DNA of 44,868 nucleotides, taken from Bacillota bacterium. GTDB lineage: Bacteria > Bacillota > SHA-98 > Ch115. The stretch spans positions 1 through 44,868 of the forward strand of contig DUSO01000037.1 in the NCBI GenBank assembly GCA_012842565.1, given 5' to 3'. Made by a program: the position numbers and the translations under genes. Below, one piece after another: positions 1 through 10,275 of the stretch. Numbering within the stretch: position 1 is the first letter of the stretch; every line of letters begins with the position of its first letter. Under the pieces are notes generated by a model, which was not told where the DNA came from, did no database searches, and worked only from the letters and a program-made list of their open reading frames with translations.

Positions 1-497
<497 letters not shown>

Positions 498-583
498 GCC
501 CCCTCCCCGCTCGGTTTCATTCCAAGCAGCGCAATCGAACAAATGCTGAACGACTTCCGGACAGCCGCCCTTCCCACCGCACC

Positions 584-592
584 ATTATACCA
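584..592 (-). promoter_or_regulatory. Extended -10 sigma-A promoter for the ABC ATPase gene
   Basis: TGgTATAAT on the minus strand about 90 nt upstream of the start; weak -35. Confidence 0.5.
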
Positions 593-783
593 CTCGCGCA
601 TACCCGTGCGATATCTCTCAACACCCTCGTCGCGCCTCTAGTGCTCCATTTCATGAATTTCAATAGGGTATCAGGCCACCAACTCCAATGACCTGAGGTA
701 GTCATATGTAAATCGATCCAGTATGACCTCCGCGAACTTATGAAACAGAGTACTAGCCGGCCCAAGCCTCTTGTGGAGTATCA

Positions 784-810
784 GCAGGATTGGAACAGAA
801 TCTGTCGAAG
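784..810 (+). promoter_or_regulatory. Sigma-H-like promoter upstream of hemerythrin
   Basis: GCAGGATT-N12-GTCGAAG fits the Bacillota sigma-H pattern RNAGGA...RNNGAAT. Confidence 0.55.
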
Positions 811-983
811 TAGTTGGCTAGTTGACGGAAGATGTTGGGTTGAATCAGAACACCATACAATGTGGTTCTGCTGTTGCTTTTATTTGTCTTCCTGGTGTTC
901 TAACTGGCGCTTCCTCACCGGCGGATACGTGGGTGCCGATGTCCCACCTAATGACTGACGCGAATAGAGGGGTGGCGGAGAAG

Positions 984-1388
984 TTGCTCAAATGGACCGA
1001 GGATCTTTCCACCGGTATTGGAGTCATCGATGATCAACACAAAGAGCTGTTCAAAAGGGTCAATAGCCTGCTCTCATCTATGAGCCAGGGCAAGGGGAAA
1101 GAGCAGGTAGCTGCGGTGCTGGGCTTTCTCAGTGACTATGTTGTAACTCACTTTGGCACCGAGGAGCAGTATATGGGGGCCCATGGATATCCGGGGCTGC
1201 AAGCCCATAAAGGCGAACACGCTTCGTATGTCGAAAAGCTCTCGCGCCTCCGAGAGAGGTTCGACCGGGAAGGGCAGAGTTCCCTTCTGGCTATTGAGTC
1301 CCAACGCCTTCTCGTAGACTGGTGGTTAAATCACATCGGGAAGACGGACAAGGCCTTGGGAGCCTTTTTGAAAGCGAAGGGTATCTGA
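984..1388 (+). CDS. Single-domain bacteriohemerythrin (non-heme di-iron O2-binding protein)
   Basis: WTEDLSTGIGVIDDQHKELF, HFGTEE, YPGLQAHKGEH and WWLNHI..TD supply the full H/E/D ligand set. Start placed at TTG 984 after GAGGGG rather than at 822. Confidence 0.92.
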   Translation: MLKWTEDLSTGIGVIDDQHKELFKRVNSLLSSMSQGKGKEQVAAVLGFLSDYVVTHFGTEEQYMGAHGYPGLQAHKGEHASYVEKLSRLRERFDREGQSSLLAIESQRLLVDWWLNHIGKTDKALGAFLKAKGI

Positions 1389-1503
1389 CTGGAAGTCCGT
1401 CGCAAACCCCCCATATGAGGCATAACAAGCAGGATCCGGTCGTCTTTGCGGATGATGACCATTCCCTTACCTCTACTTCACTCAAGGAGGATTTGCGGCG
1501 TAC

Positions 1504-2223
1504 ATGTGGTCGAGTACTCGAACGCAGTCTCCTCGCCTCCAGTTGTTTCTATTGGGCGTGCAAAGTGCTATCCCGATTATGGCCGGCTACATTCCGGTTG
1601 GATTTGCATACGGGGTACTGGCAAGACAGTCCGGGCTTTCTCTCCTCCAGTCAACGGCGATGTCCATAGTTGTATATGCAGGCTCCTCCCAGTTCATCGC
1701 CGTAAGTATGCTCGCGGGCGGCGGGGCAGTCGGTGCGGTCATATCTACGACCTTGTTGGTCAACCTGAGGCATTTGCTTTTCAGCGCATCCCTCGCGCCC
1801 TATTTCCGTCGTTTTCCTTCACCGGTGCTGGCATTCCTTTCATTCGGTATCACCGATGAAACATATGCAGTCGGCATCGGACAATACCCGGATCGCGAAC
1901 CCCGGGGAGCCCAGGTCTTGGGCCTTCACCTTGCCTCTTATCTTTCCTGGATCATAGGCTCATGTATCGGGGCTGCGGCCGGGGGAATCGTCGGGGATGG
2001 CGCGAGATGGGGGCTCGACTTTGCCTTACCCGGGATGTTCATTGCCCTTTTGATTGGCCAAATCAAAGATGGCATTACGCTGATCGTCGCTATGCTATCC
2101 GGCCTGATTTCCATAACACTTGCCAGATTCCACAGCGCAACCTGGGGCGTAATCCCGGCTACGATAATCAGTGCTGCGGTGGGGGTGGTCTTCAAGCAAT
2201 GGATTCAAAGACATTCGCCTTGA
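1504..2223 (+). CDS. azlC: AzlC-family branched-chain amino acid exporter, large subunit
   Basis: PI..GY.P.G.AYG, MS..VYAGSSQF, VNLRH, F.ITDE.YA and GLDFALPGMF motifs; AGGAGG RBS. Confidence 0.9.
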   Translation: MWSSTRTQSPRLQLFLLGVQSAIPIMAGYIPVGFAYGVLARQSGLSLLQSTAMSIVVYAGSSQFIAVSMLAGGGAVGAVISTTLLVNLRHLLFSASLAPYFRRFPSPVLAFLSFGITDETYAVGIGQYPDREPRGAQVLGLHLASYLSWIIGSCIGAAAGGIVGDGARWGLDFALPGMFIALLIGQIKDGITLIVAMLSGLISITLARFHSATWGVIPATIISAAVGVVFKQWIQRHSP

Positions 2224-2531
2224 TGCTTGGGGGAATGTTTTTAGTCACCTATGCTTCACGTGTCCTGCCCATTATGGTTCTCAGCAGGCTGAGGATGCCG
2301 CAGTGGCTGCTCAACTGGTTGAGCTTTGTGCCTGCAGCCGTCCTGACAGCACTCCTCGCGCCGGCAATTCTCATGCCCGACGGATCCGGCGACCTTATCC
2401 TGGGCCTGAATAATCAATACCTCATTGCTTCCATTCCCACCCTGGTTATGGCGATCCGGACCAGGAACCTCATTCTCTCGGTAGCTGTCGGAGTAGTCAC
2501 GATGGCCATTCTAAGGTACTATCCGGGCTGA
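2199..2531 (+). CDS. azlD: AzlD-family small subunit
   Basis: Start reset to ATG 2199 (MDSKTFALMLGGMFLVTYASRVLP...WLSFVPAAVLTAL...TRNLILSV); overlaps the end of azlC. Confidence 0.88.
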   Translation: MDSKTFALMLGGMFLVTYASRVLPIMVLSRLRMPQWLLNWLSFVPAAVLTALLAPAILMPDGSGDLILGLNNQYLIASIPTLVMAIRTRNLILSVAVGVVTMAILRYYPG

Positions 2532-2585
2532 ATATAATCCACTAATCCACACTATACATCCCCGTTATTGATAACCTGGTTCTCG

Positions 2586-2612
2586 GGAACTTAATGCCCA
2601 CCTAATTCGTTA
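2586..2612 (+). promoter_or_regulatory. Putative ECF sigma promoter for the efflux operon
   Basis: GGAAC-N17-CGTTA, the typical ECF AAC...CGT layout. Confidence 0.4.
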
Positions 2613-2721
2613 TTACAATTTTGGAGAGCAAAGTCTCCCTCCAGAACCTTTATTTCCCGGGGCGCCCCATTTCGTCGCTGAAGAGCCTCTTGTCAAAAGG
2701 ACTGCAGAAGGGTGATGGCCA

Positions 2722-4122
2722 ATGCATGTATCAAGGCAACCGGCACCGGTGCGTGGCGTGATCTTAGCATTTTCCCTTTTATGCCTGTGGATCTATCCAC
2801 ACCCTGCCCTCGCCAGTCAGGGTTCAGAGGCTCTCTCCTTGAAGGAAGCAATCGATCTGGCCCTCGCGGCAAGCCCCAATGTCGCTAATGCCGAAGATGC
2901 CCTGGCAATCGCACGCTCCAGCTTTTCACTGGTGGCGCGGGAAAAGCCTATTAATCCAGTGGTGAAGCTCGATGCCGGAGTGGAGGCTCGTTGGGATACA
3001 GGCTGGAAGCCTTACGGAGATACGAAGCAGATCTCCTTGAGCATTGAAGACTCGGTCCCGACCGGTAGGTACCTGAACGGGCCGTCCAGTGAAGAAAAAC
3101 TTGCAGCCTTGCGCGTGAGAGATGCAGAAAGGAACCTTGAACTCGCGAAAGAGGACATCATATATAAGACCCTGTCCGCCTATATAGCCGTCCTCAAAGC
3201 CCAGAAGTCCCTGGCATTAGCCCAAGAATCGTTTGATCTGGAGCAAACCTTGTTTCTGGATACAAAGACCAAACTGGAGCTGGGGGTTGCTTCAACCCCG
3301 GATCTCATCAAGTCCCAGCAGGCACTGGATGAGGCTAGGGCCAGCGTTTCCAGGGCCCAGGCCGCTTTGGAGGTATCATGTTTTCAATTCAACCAGCTCA
3401 CCGGGCGCCCACCTGAAACCCCGGTGATCCTGGTAGACCAGCTTAAGTACAATCGTTCGTCCTATAACCTTGACCAGATGATCGCAAGTGCGCTGGAAAA
3501 ACGCGCCGAAATCCAAAAGGCAAGAGATGATCTGACAAAGGCGAAGGTAAGCCTTGATGACGTGCTGCAGTCTCAAAAACCCGTCGTGACAATCTCGGGT
3601 GGCTACGCCGGGGAGGATTGGTCCTTTGGCCTCTCGACCAAGAGTCCCAGGTGGGACCTGGGCTGGCAGGCAGGTGGCCGCTATAGTGAGGGTAAAGTCG
3701 AGGCTCCTGAGACTTGGACTGGATGGCACGTTGGACTTGATATCTCCTGGACCCCTTTCGACGGTGGGATAAGCAAGGAGAAGGAAAGAGAAGCCCGAAT
3801 AACGGTCACCCAGATGGAGCGGCAGATCCGCGAGCAGGAGTCCCAGCTAGCCCTTTCGGTACGCCAGGCCTACAATGACCTCAAGGCTGCGCAAGATGCG
3901 GTGCTGAATACCGAAACCTCGCTAAGGCTCGCCCAGGAGAACCTGAGGATTATAGAGTTGCGCCGCCAGGGGGGGTATGCCACCGACCGGGACGTGAAAC
4001 AGGCGGACCTTGCCGTACTCCAGGCAAGGATTAACAATGAGTTTGCCATATACGACTGTATACTGGCTGAGGCCAGATTGCGACGGGCAGCAGGCCAACC
4101 ATTTGGGGTGGAGGAAGGATGA
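2722..4122 (+). CDS. TolC-family outer membrane efflux protein (TolC-1)
   Basis: Signal peptide (ALA-SQ), LSLKEAIDLALAASP, two OEP repeats, ...ISWTPFDGG, and amphipathic beta segments. Confidence 0.88.
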   Translation: MHVSRQPAPVRGVILAFSLLCLWIYPHPALASQGSEALSLKEAIDLALAASPNVANAEDALAIARSSFSLVAREKPINPVVKLDAGVEARWDTGWKPYGDTKQISLSIEDSVPTGRYLNGPSSEEKLAALRVRDAERNLELAKEDIIYKTLSAYIAVLKAQKSLALAQESFDLEQTLFLDTKTKLELGVASTPDLIKSQQALDEARASVSRAQAALEVSCFQFNQLTGRPPETPVILVDQLKYNRSSYNLDQMIASALEKRAEIQKARDDLTKAKVSLDDVLQSQKPVVTISGGYAGEDWSFGLSTKSPRWDLGWQAGGRYSEGKVEAPETWTGWHVGLDISWTPFDGGISKEKEREARITVTQMERQIREQESQLALSVRQAYNDLKAAQDAVLNTETSLRLAQENLRIIELRRQGGYATDRDVKQADLAVLQARINNEFAIYDCILAEARLRRAAGQPFGVEEG

Positions 4123-5483
4123 ATATCATGAGGCCCTCCCGGAGGAAATCGGTGATAATTGTATGCCTGATAATAGCAGTGGTTGCGGTTGTGGGAGTTT
4201 TGGGGTGGCAGAGACTTCACAATAACCGAAATGCCCGGGCATTATCGACCAGTATGGAGGAGATACCTGTTCGTGCCGGGGATGTGGCGGCTACTGTCTC
4301 TGCTCTGGGCAACCTCGAGCCATATGTGAGGGTGGAGGTCAAGTGTGAGGCTGCTGGCAAGATAGAAAGGGTATTCGTCGAGGAGGGAGATCCTGTTAAG
4401 AAGGGCCAACCTATTGCAAGAATCGACCCAGGAGACCTGCCGGTCAAACTCAAGCAGGCGGAGGCTGGCTACCTTTCGGCCCGGGCAAAGCTCAATAAAC
4501 TACTGGCGGGACCTGACGCATCTGACCTTGCTCAAGCTGAGGCATCCTATGAACAGGCTCGTATCTCCCTTGAAGACGCCAAGAAGCAATTGTCCCGTGA
4601 TGAGGCCCTGTTCCGCACCGGTGCCATATCAGAACAGCAACTCCAGGAGAGCCGGTCAAGGGTCAAGCTGAATGAGCAGCAATTCCTGGCTGCCAAGGAA
4701 AAGCTCGAGTCCCTGCGCCGGGGGCCGGATAAAGAAGATATCGAGGTCGCGCGCGCGGAGCTGGCTCAGGCTGAAGCAAATCTCGATTCAATTCGGAGCC
4801 AGGTGAATTCCCTGACCGCTACGGCCCCCATAGATGGTACGGTAACAGATATCAAGGTGCAGGTCGGCGACGTCGTTAAAGAGGAAACAAGCCTGGCCGT
4901 GATCGCTGATCTCACCAAGATGAAAGCCGTGATCCCCGTAAACGAGATCGATATACCCAAGATAGCCCCTGGACAACAGGTATTGATAACACTGGATGCT
5001 CTGCCAGGTCAGAGATTCCAGGGTAAAGTCTCCTCAGTCGGGTACGAGGGGCAAATCAAGGACAATATAGTTACTTACGAGGTGACAGCCAGTATCCCCA
5101 ATCCCGGCGGGAAGCTCAGAGGGGGTATGACGGCGGATGTAACCGTGGTCTTGCAGTCCAAAGAGAATGTCCTGGTTGTCCCCATAGAGGCCCTCCAGGA
5201 AAGACGCGGGCAAACCATTGTGCTTGTCCCGGGCGATGACGGCCCCACCCGCAGACCGGTCAGGGTCGGCCTGAGAAATGACTCGGTTGCGGAAATCGTG
5301 GATGGCCTTTCCCTGGGAGATCGTGTCCTGGTAAGAAGGGTTAACCAGGTGACATCACCAGGTTCCACCGTCCCTCGCGCGCAGTTCGGAAACCCGTTCG
5401 GAGTGACACCACCGGGCTTCTCTACCCCTCGCACGCCATCCGGAAACCGATTCGGAACGGATATGTCCGAGGGGCGTCGCTAA
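4119..5483 (+). CDS. Periplasmic adaptor / membrane fusion protein (MacA/YknX-like)
   Basis: N-terminal TM anchor, lipoyl halves ([18 protein letters not shown]; APIDGTV), long coiled coil, VNEIDI, LRGGMT. Confidence 0.92.
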   Translation: MNIMRPSRRKSVIIVCLIIAVVAVVGVLGWQRLHNNRNARALSTSMEEIPVRAGDVAATVSALGNLEPYVRVEVKCEAAGKIERVFVEEGDPVKKGQPIARIDPGDLPVKLKQAEAGYLSARAKLNKLLAGPDASDLAQAEASYEQARISLEDAKKQLSRDEALFRTGAISEQQLQESRSRVKLNEQQFLAAKEKLESLRRGPDKEDIEVARAELAQAEANLDSIRSQVNSLTATAPIDGTVTDIKVQVGDVVKEETSLAVIADLTKMKAVIPVNEIDIPKIAPGQQVLITLDALPGQRFQGKVSSVGYEGQIKDNIVTYEVTASIPNPGGKLRGGMTADVTVVLQSKENVLVVPIEALQERRGQTIVLVPGDDGPTRRPVRVGLRNDSVAEIVDGLSLGDRVLVRRVNQVTSPGSTVPRAQFGNPFGVTPPGFSTPRTPSGNRFGTDMSEGRR

Positions 5484-5533
5484 CTGACTGCCGGCAGACT
5501 GCCCCGTGGATACAGTGTGCCAGGCGCCAGAAT

Positions 5534-6352
5534 ATGCTGAAGGCGGTGACTCAGGGCTTGACAGAGCAATCAAGACCAGCCCTCATCGAAGTCAGAGACC
5601 TGGTCAAAATATACAGAATGGACGGGGTCGAGGTAAGGGCGCTCCGGGGCGTATCCTTTTCCATATACCCGGGCGAGTTCGTAGCCATAATGGGGCCATC
5701 AGGATCCGGCAAGTCGACCCTGATGAATATCCTGGGATGCCTCGATGTGCCTACGCAGGGTACCTACAAGCTTGAGGGTCAGGAAGTCTCCAGTTTCAAT
5801 GAAAACCAGCTGGCGGAGATAAGAAACCGGAAGATAGGGTTTGTGTTCCAGACCTTTAACCTTCTCCCAAGGCTCACTGCTTTGCAGAACGTCGAGCTCC
5901 CACTCCTGTATGCAGCGGTGCCCCGCGCCAGGCGCAAGGCCATCGCCATCGAGGCACTCGAAAAGGTGGGCTTGAAGGAAAGGATGTACCACCGGCCGAA
6001 CCAGCTTTCCGGAGGGCAAGCCCAGAGGGTGGCCATTGCCCGGGCTCTGGTCAATGACCCTTCAATTATACTCGCCGACGAACCTACCGGCAATCTCGAT
6101 ACGCGCTCGGGCGAGGAGATCATGCAGATATTCCAGGCCCTTAACCGCCAGGGAAAGACTATCCTGATCGTAACCCACGAACGGGACATTGCCCTTCATG
6201 CAGAGAGGATACTCCACTTTAGAGACGGGCTCTTGCTATCCAATGAAACCGTCGAATCCCCGGTCGATGCATCCACATATCTCACTGAGCATGCCGGGCA
6301 TGAGAAGGACGGGGATTCGGTGGCGCCAGCTGAGGGAGTGGTGATTCAATGA
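5534..6352 (+). CDS. ABC transporter ATP-binding subunit (MacB/YknY-like)
   Basis: [44 protein letters not shown]. Confidence 0.95.
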   Translation: MLKAVTQGLTEQSRPALIEVRDLVKIYRMDGVEVRALRGVSFSIYPGEFVAIMGPSGSGKSTLMNILGCLDVPTQGTYKLEGQEVSSFNENQLAEIRNRKIGFVFQTFNLLPRLTALQNVELPLLYAAVPRARRKAIAIEALEKVGLKERMYHRPNQLSGGQAQRVAIARALVNDPSIILADEPTGNLDTRSGEEIMQIFQALNRQGKTILIVTHERDIALHAERILHFRDGLLLSNETVESPVDASTYLTEHAGHEKDGDSVAPAEGVVIQ

Positions 6353-7560
6353 ATCTGGCCGAAAGTCTCATGACGGCCATATCAAGCCTGAGCAGCAATA
6401 AGCTGCGGTCATTCCTCACCATACTCGGGGTAATCATTGGTGTGGCGGCGGTCGTAGCCATGGTGTCTGTGGGGGAAGGGGCCCGTACGCGGGTTACATC
6501 TCAGATAGGGAGCCTTGGATCGAACCTTGTGACCGTCACCCCCGGCCGTATCCGTGCCCTGCCCGGTATGGCCTTCGGTGCCCGGGGGGCATTCAATATC
6601 CTGACATATTCCCATTTTACGGAACTCAAACAGGCGGGATTACCGGGCGTTGCAGCCATCCTTGCTGAAGCCTCGACAAGGAAGGTAATCAGGTATGGGA
6701 AAAACAGCACCACTACGATGGTAGTCGGCACAACCCCTGAATACTGCGATGCCCGTAATTTCCACGTTGAATCCGGCCGTTTCTTTACGCAATATGACCT
6801 TGACCAGATGACCTGCGTGGCCGTTTTGGGCCGCACGGCTGCGGAAGACCTTTTTGGGATCGCTGACGCGGCGCTTGGCGCTACGATCCGGATAGGAAAT
6901 GTAAATTTCAGGGTTATCGGCGTGATGGAGAGCAAGACAATGGGAGGAAGGGATCTCGGTGACCAGATTTTCGTGCCGATTACTACTGCACAGATGCGGC
7001 TCACCGGAAACCGCTACCTGCAGAGCATCACCGTCCAGGCCACATCAGCTGAGAATACCGGGCCTGTTTACAACCGGCTCTATGAATTCTTCTTGCGGAA
7101 ACTAAAGGATCCCGAGAAATTCACGGTCACGAACCAGCAGGACATCCTCAATACAATTGAAGGCGTCACAGGGACGCTTACCCTGCTCCTCGGGGCTATC
7201 ACGGGCATTTCGTTACTCGTTGGCGGCATAGGGATAATGAATATCATGCTGGTCTCAGTTGCCGAAAGAACACGGGAAATAGGCCTGCGCAAGGCCATTG
7301 GAGCAAAACCCCGGGACATACTCATCCAGTTCATAATCGAATCCTCGACGCTCAGCGGGGCTGGCGGAGTCGTCGGGATCCTCTCGGGAATCGGACTTGC
7401 AAGGCTGATCGCCCGCTTCTCCAACTGGTCGACTACGATATCTCTTGCTTCTATTGCAATTGCTCTATGCGTCTCTATTGGGGTGGGGCTTTTCTTTGGC
7501 ATTTATCCGGCGCAACGTGCGAGCCGTCTCAGCCCAATCGTCGCGTTACGCTATGAATGA
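6349..7560 (+). CDS. MacB/FtsX-type ABC permease (YknZ-like)
   Basis: [64 protein letters not shown]. Confidence 0.95.
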   Translation: MNLAESLMTAISSLSSNKLRSFLTILGVIIGVAAVVAMVSVGEGARTRVTSQIGSLGSNLVTVTPGRIRALPGMAFGARGAFNILTYSHFTELKQAGLPGVAAILAEASTRKVIRYGKNSTTTMVVGTTPEYCDARNFHVESGRFFTQYDLDQMTCVAVLGRTAAEDLFGIADAALGATIRIGNVNFRVIGVMESKTMGGRDLGDQIFVPITTAQMRLTGNRYLQSITVQATSAENTGPVYNRLYEFFLRKLKDPEKFTVTNQQDILNTIEGVTGTLTLLLGAITGISLLVGGIGIMNIMLVSVAERTREIGLRKAIGAKPRDILIQFIIESSTLSGAGGVVGILSGIGLARLIARFSNWSTTISLASIAIALCVSIGVGLFFGIYPAQRASRLSPIVALRYE

Positions 7561-7594
7561 CCATAGACTGCAGGTATTTGGAGGTGTTTGAGCC

Positions 7595-8740
7595 ATGCCA
7601 TTCCTATCTCCCCGGGTATTCCGCAACCGTAAACTGGCGTGTATGTTTATCGCAGCATTAATGAGCCTTGCCGTGATCACGGCCCCCTCCCTGGCACAGG
7701 ACCAGAATCCCAAAGACCAGGGAAAAGGCCTCACTTTGCAGCAGGCGGTGGAGCTTGCCTTAAGGCAAGGGAGTGCAATAAGGCTGGCTTCTCTCGATCT
7801 CAAAGACGCAGAGGTGTCATACAGACAGGCGACGGCTGACCAGCTCCTGAAGCCATCCGTCCTTACCGCACTATCCGCTGAAACAGCATGGGTTGTTGCA
7901 CAGAGGAACTACGAAATGGCAAAGGCGGATATAGCGACCCAGGTGGAACAGGCGTATTACGATGTGCTCAAGGCGGAACGAGGCCTGGTTCTTGCTCAGG
8001 AAAACCTGGAGCGGGCAAGAGAGCAGCTCAAGACCGCGGAGAGCAAATTCAAGCTCGGCATGGTGGCACAGATTGATGTCATCGCCGCGGAGGCGGAAGT
8101 TGCAGGTGCAGAAGCCAATCAAAGCAGGGCTGAGGCAGACCTCGCGCTAGCCAGAATGAAGTTCAACCGTGTTATAGGAGTCGCCCTTGATTCGCCGGTG
8201 AAACTTACAAGCCAGTTCTCGTATGATCCCATCCCTCTAGATCTAGAGAAAGCCATTCAATATAGCCTCTCCCACAGGCTCGAGATCAAGAAGGCCGAGG
8301 ATGCAGTGGCGCTAAAAGAGAAAGAGGTGGAAGTTTACAACAATGATTTCACCCCGTCTCTGGTCCTGGAGAAGTCCCGGATCGGCCTTGAAACTGCGCA
8401 GGCTGAGCTTGATGATACGAAGACTAACATCATTCTCGAGGTAAGGCAAAACTTCGAGAGCCTCAAGGACGCTGAAAGACAGGTGCCCCTCCAGGAGAAG
8501 GCACTGGCGAAGGTTAAGGAAAACCTCCGAATCGCTAAGGCCCGCTACGATGCAGGGGTTATCACAGCAATGGAACTTGCAGATGCGCAAAGGGCCGTAT
8601 ACCAGGCAGAGACCGACTATCTCAAGGCGATGTTTGACTATAACGTGGCCAGGGCGAAGTTCTATAAATCCCTCGGGATGCCCCTGGAAGAAAGGCCGAA
8701 TGCTGCAAGCCAGCTTGGGGCAGGTGGTACAGGGAGGTAG
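7595..8740 (+). CDS. TolC-family protein (TolC-2), apparently lacking beta-barrel strands
   Basis: Signal peptide (SLA-QD), LTLQQAVELAL, VEQAYYDVL, KFKLGMVAQIDV, RYDAGVITAMEL. No amphipathic beta segments in either repeat. Confidence 0.82.
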   Translation: MPFLSPRVFRNRKLACMFIAALMSLAVITAPSLAQDQNPKDQGKGLTLQQAVELALRQGSAIRLASLDLKDAEVSYRQATADQLLKPSVLTALSAETAWVVAQRNYEMAKADIATQVEQAYYDVLKAERGLVLAQENLERAREQLKTAESKFKLGMVAQIDVIAAEAEVAGAEANQSRAEADLALARMKFNRVIGVALDSPVKLTSQFSYDPIPLDLEKAIQYSLSHRLEIKKAEDAVALKEKEVEVYNNDFTPSLVLEKSRIGLETAQAELDDTKTNIILEVRQNFESLKDAERQVPLQEKALAKVKENLRIAKARYDAGVITAMELADAQRAVYQAETDYLKAMFDYNVARAKFYKSLGMPLEERPNAASQLGAGGTGR

Positions 8741-8831
8741 CTCTCCCCGAGCACTGGATAGACCTCGCTCCGTGTCAACTCACAACGTGATGGGGAAATC
8801 AAGATGGCGACAACACATGGCGGAATAGGCA

Positions 8832-8860
8832 TTGACTTTCTGGATTCCCAACCGTACAAT
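8832..8860 (+). promoter_or_regulatory. Sigma-A promoter of the thiamin operon
   Basis: TTGACT-N17-TACAAT immediately upstream of the TPP aptamer. Confidence 0.8.
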
Positions 8861-8886
8861 ACTGATAGATATTGAAGATATACGTT

Positions 8887-9015
8887 GCTCGCAGGGGGAG
8901 CCCCACATTGCGGGGCTGAGAGTGCGGGGCTGACTCGCAGACCCTTTGAACCTGATATAACATGGCCGCTTGTGGCTATGTTTCTGGGTAATACCAGCGC
9001 AGGGATTGACGGAGC
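8887..9015 (+). ncRNA. TPP riboswitch aptamer with an extra hairpin in J4/5
   Basis: GGGGAG-P3-CTGAGA-P3a-ACCC-TTTGAA-CCTGAT...CTGGGTAATACCAG-CGC-AGGGA, upstream of thiamin genes. Confidence 0.92.
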
Positions 9016-9030
9016 CCAAGACACAAAGCA

Positions 9031-9064
9031 ACCGCAGACCCAAGCTGGGCTGCGGTATTTGTTT
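9031..9064 (+). terminator. Intrinsic terminator forming the TPP riboswitch expression platform
   Basis: ACCGCAG(A)CCCA-AGC-TGGGCTGCGGT followed by ATTTGTTT. Confidence 0.75.
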
Positions 9065-9164
9065 CGCGGTCTACCGTGAGAGGCGACCTGCCTGGAGGGC
9101 GCAGCGCGAGTTGGCGCGCACGGGCGCGGCTTGGCGGGCACACGACCCGCTGGAGGCGATTCTT

Positions 9165-10274
9165 TTGAAATTCGGCCTTTACGTGATTCTTGATGGTAGT
9201 TTCGTCCGTGGGGGACCTCATCGTGGGACATCGTACGAGGACCTCGCCAGGGCAGTCCTGCTCGGCGGGGCAAGGGTCGTCCAGCTCAGAGACAAGGAGA
9301 TGCCTACGCGAGACCTTATCAACGTGGCAAGGCGCCTAAAAGAGATCGTCCACGCGCAGGGAGGCATCTTCATAGTGAATGACAGGGTGGACGTCGCGAT
9401 GGCCGTAGACGCTGACGGCGTACACCTGGGGCAAGAGGATATGCCTGTGGAGGTCGCTCGGCCGCTACTTGGGTATGGGAAAATCATCGGTGTATCGGCT
9501 CGCACTGTAGAGGCCGCCATCCGGGCGGAGAAGTCCGGAGCGACATACATAGGGACTGGAGCCATCCGGTCAACCTCAAGCAAACAGGATGCCACTGTGA
9601 TAGGTATCAACGGGCTGCGGGAGATTTGCAGGGCGACGGAGATACCCGTGGTCGCCATCGGGGGAATCACGACAGAAATGGTTGAGCCGGTAATCGAGGC
9701 CGGCGCCAGCGGGATTGCTGTCATCTCCGCCGTGCTGGGGGCACCTGACATCACGGGAGCTACTATGGAGCTGTATGCCAGGGTTGATGCAGCATTAGCC
9801 GCGAGGGACCGTGAGCGGATGCGGAGGGAATACCCCCAGGGCCCCAGGGTGGCTGCAAGTGTCCTGGTGTTTGACGGCACTGGACGGGTATTGCTTGCCA
9901 GGAGGGGGTGTGACCCGAATTACGGGAAGTGGAGCCTGCCCGGCGGGCTGGTAGAGCTCGGAGAGCGGGTGGAGGAGTGCGCGGCCAGGGAAGTATACGA
10001 GGAATGTGGCATAGAGGTGGAATTAAGAGGAATAGTGGATGTGGTGGATGCCATTATCCGCGATACAACAGGGCGGGTAAGGTTCGATTATGTGATAGTG
10101 GTCTTTAGAGGAATGCGCCGGAGAGGGGATCTCAGGCCTTCACTTGAACTCCTCGAGGCAGCATGGGTGCCGTTGAATGAAGCACAGGGGCTTGACCTCA
10201 CCGATACCACGCGGGATGTGCTGCAAAGATATGTCGGGTCGACGCCCGATGGCGCATTAACGAGGGGGGATTAG
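9165..10274 (+). CDS. thiE: Thiamin-phosphate synthase ThiE fused to a C-terminal Nudix hydrolase
   Basis: ThiE motifs [42 protein letters not shown]; complete Nudix box [26 protein letters not shown] start after GGAGG. Confidence 0.9.
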   Translation: MKFGLYVILDGSFVRGGPHRGTSYEDLARAVLLGGARVVQLRDKEMPTRDLINVARRLKEIVHAQGGIFIVNDRVDVAMAVDADGVHLGQEDMPVEVARPLLGYGKIIGVSARTVEAAIRAEKSGATYIGTGAIRSTSSKQDATVIGINGLREICRATEIPVVAIGGITTEMVEPVIEAGASGIAVISAVLGAPDITGATMELYARVDAALAARDRERMRREYPQGPRVAASVLVFDGTGRVLLARRGCDPNYGKWSLPGGLVELGERVEECAAREVYEECGIEVELRGIVDVVDAIIRDTTGRVRFDYVIVVFRGMRRRGDLRPSLELLEAAWVPLNEAQGLDLTDTTRDVLQRYVGSTPDGALTRGD

Positions 10275-10275
10275 T

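Noticed and set aside
915-942. Sigma-28-like GCCGAT element upstream of hemerythrin
   Set aside because: The -35 region (TCAC) is a poor match to TAAA, so support is too weak.
822-983. N-terminal extension of hemerythrin and small ORFs at 517-1027
   Set aside because: No motifs or good RBS; the hemerythrin fold starts at W-T-E-D-L.
1429-1456. Sigma-H-like promoter upstream of azlC
   Set aside because: GCAGGATC is present but there is no GAA element at the expected spacing.
8970-9164. N-terminal extension of ThiE in the ORF track
   Set aside because: It overlaps the TPP aptamer and terminator; the RBS and homology begin at TTG 9165.
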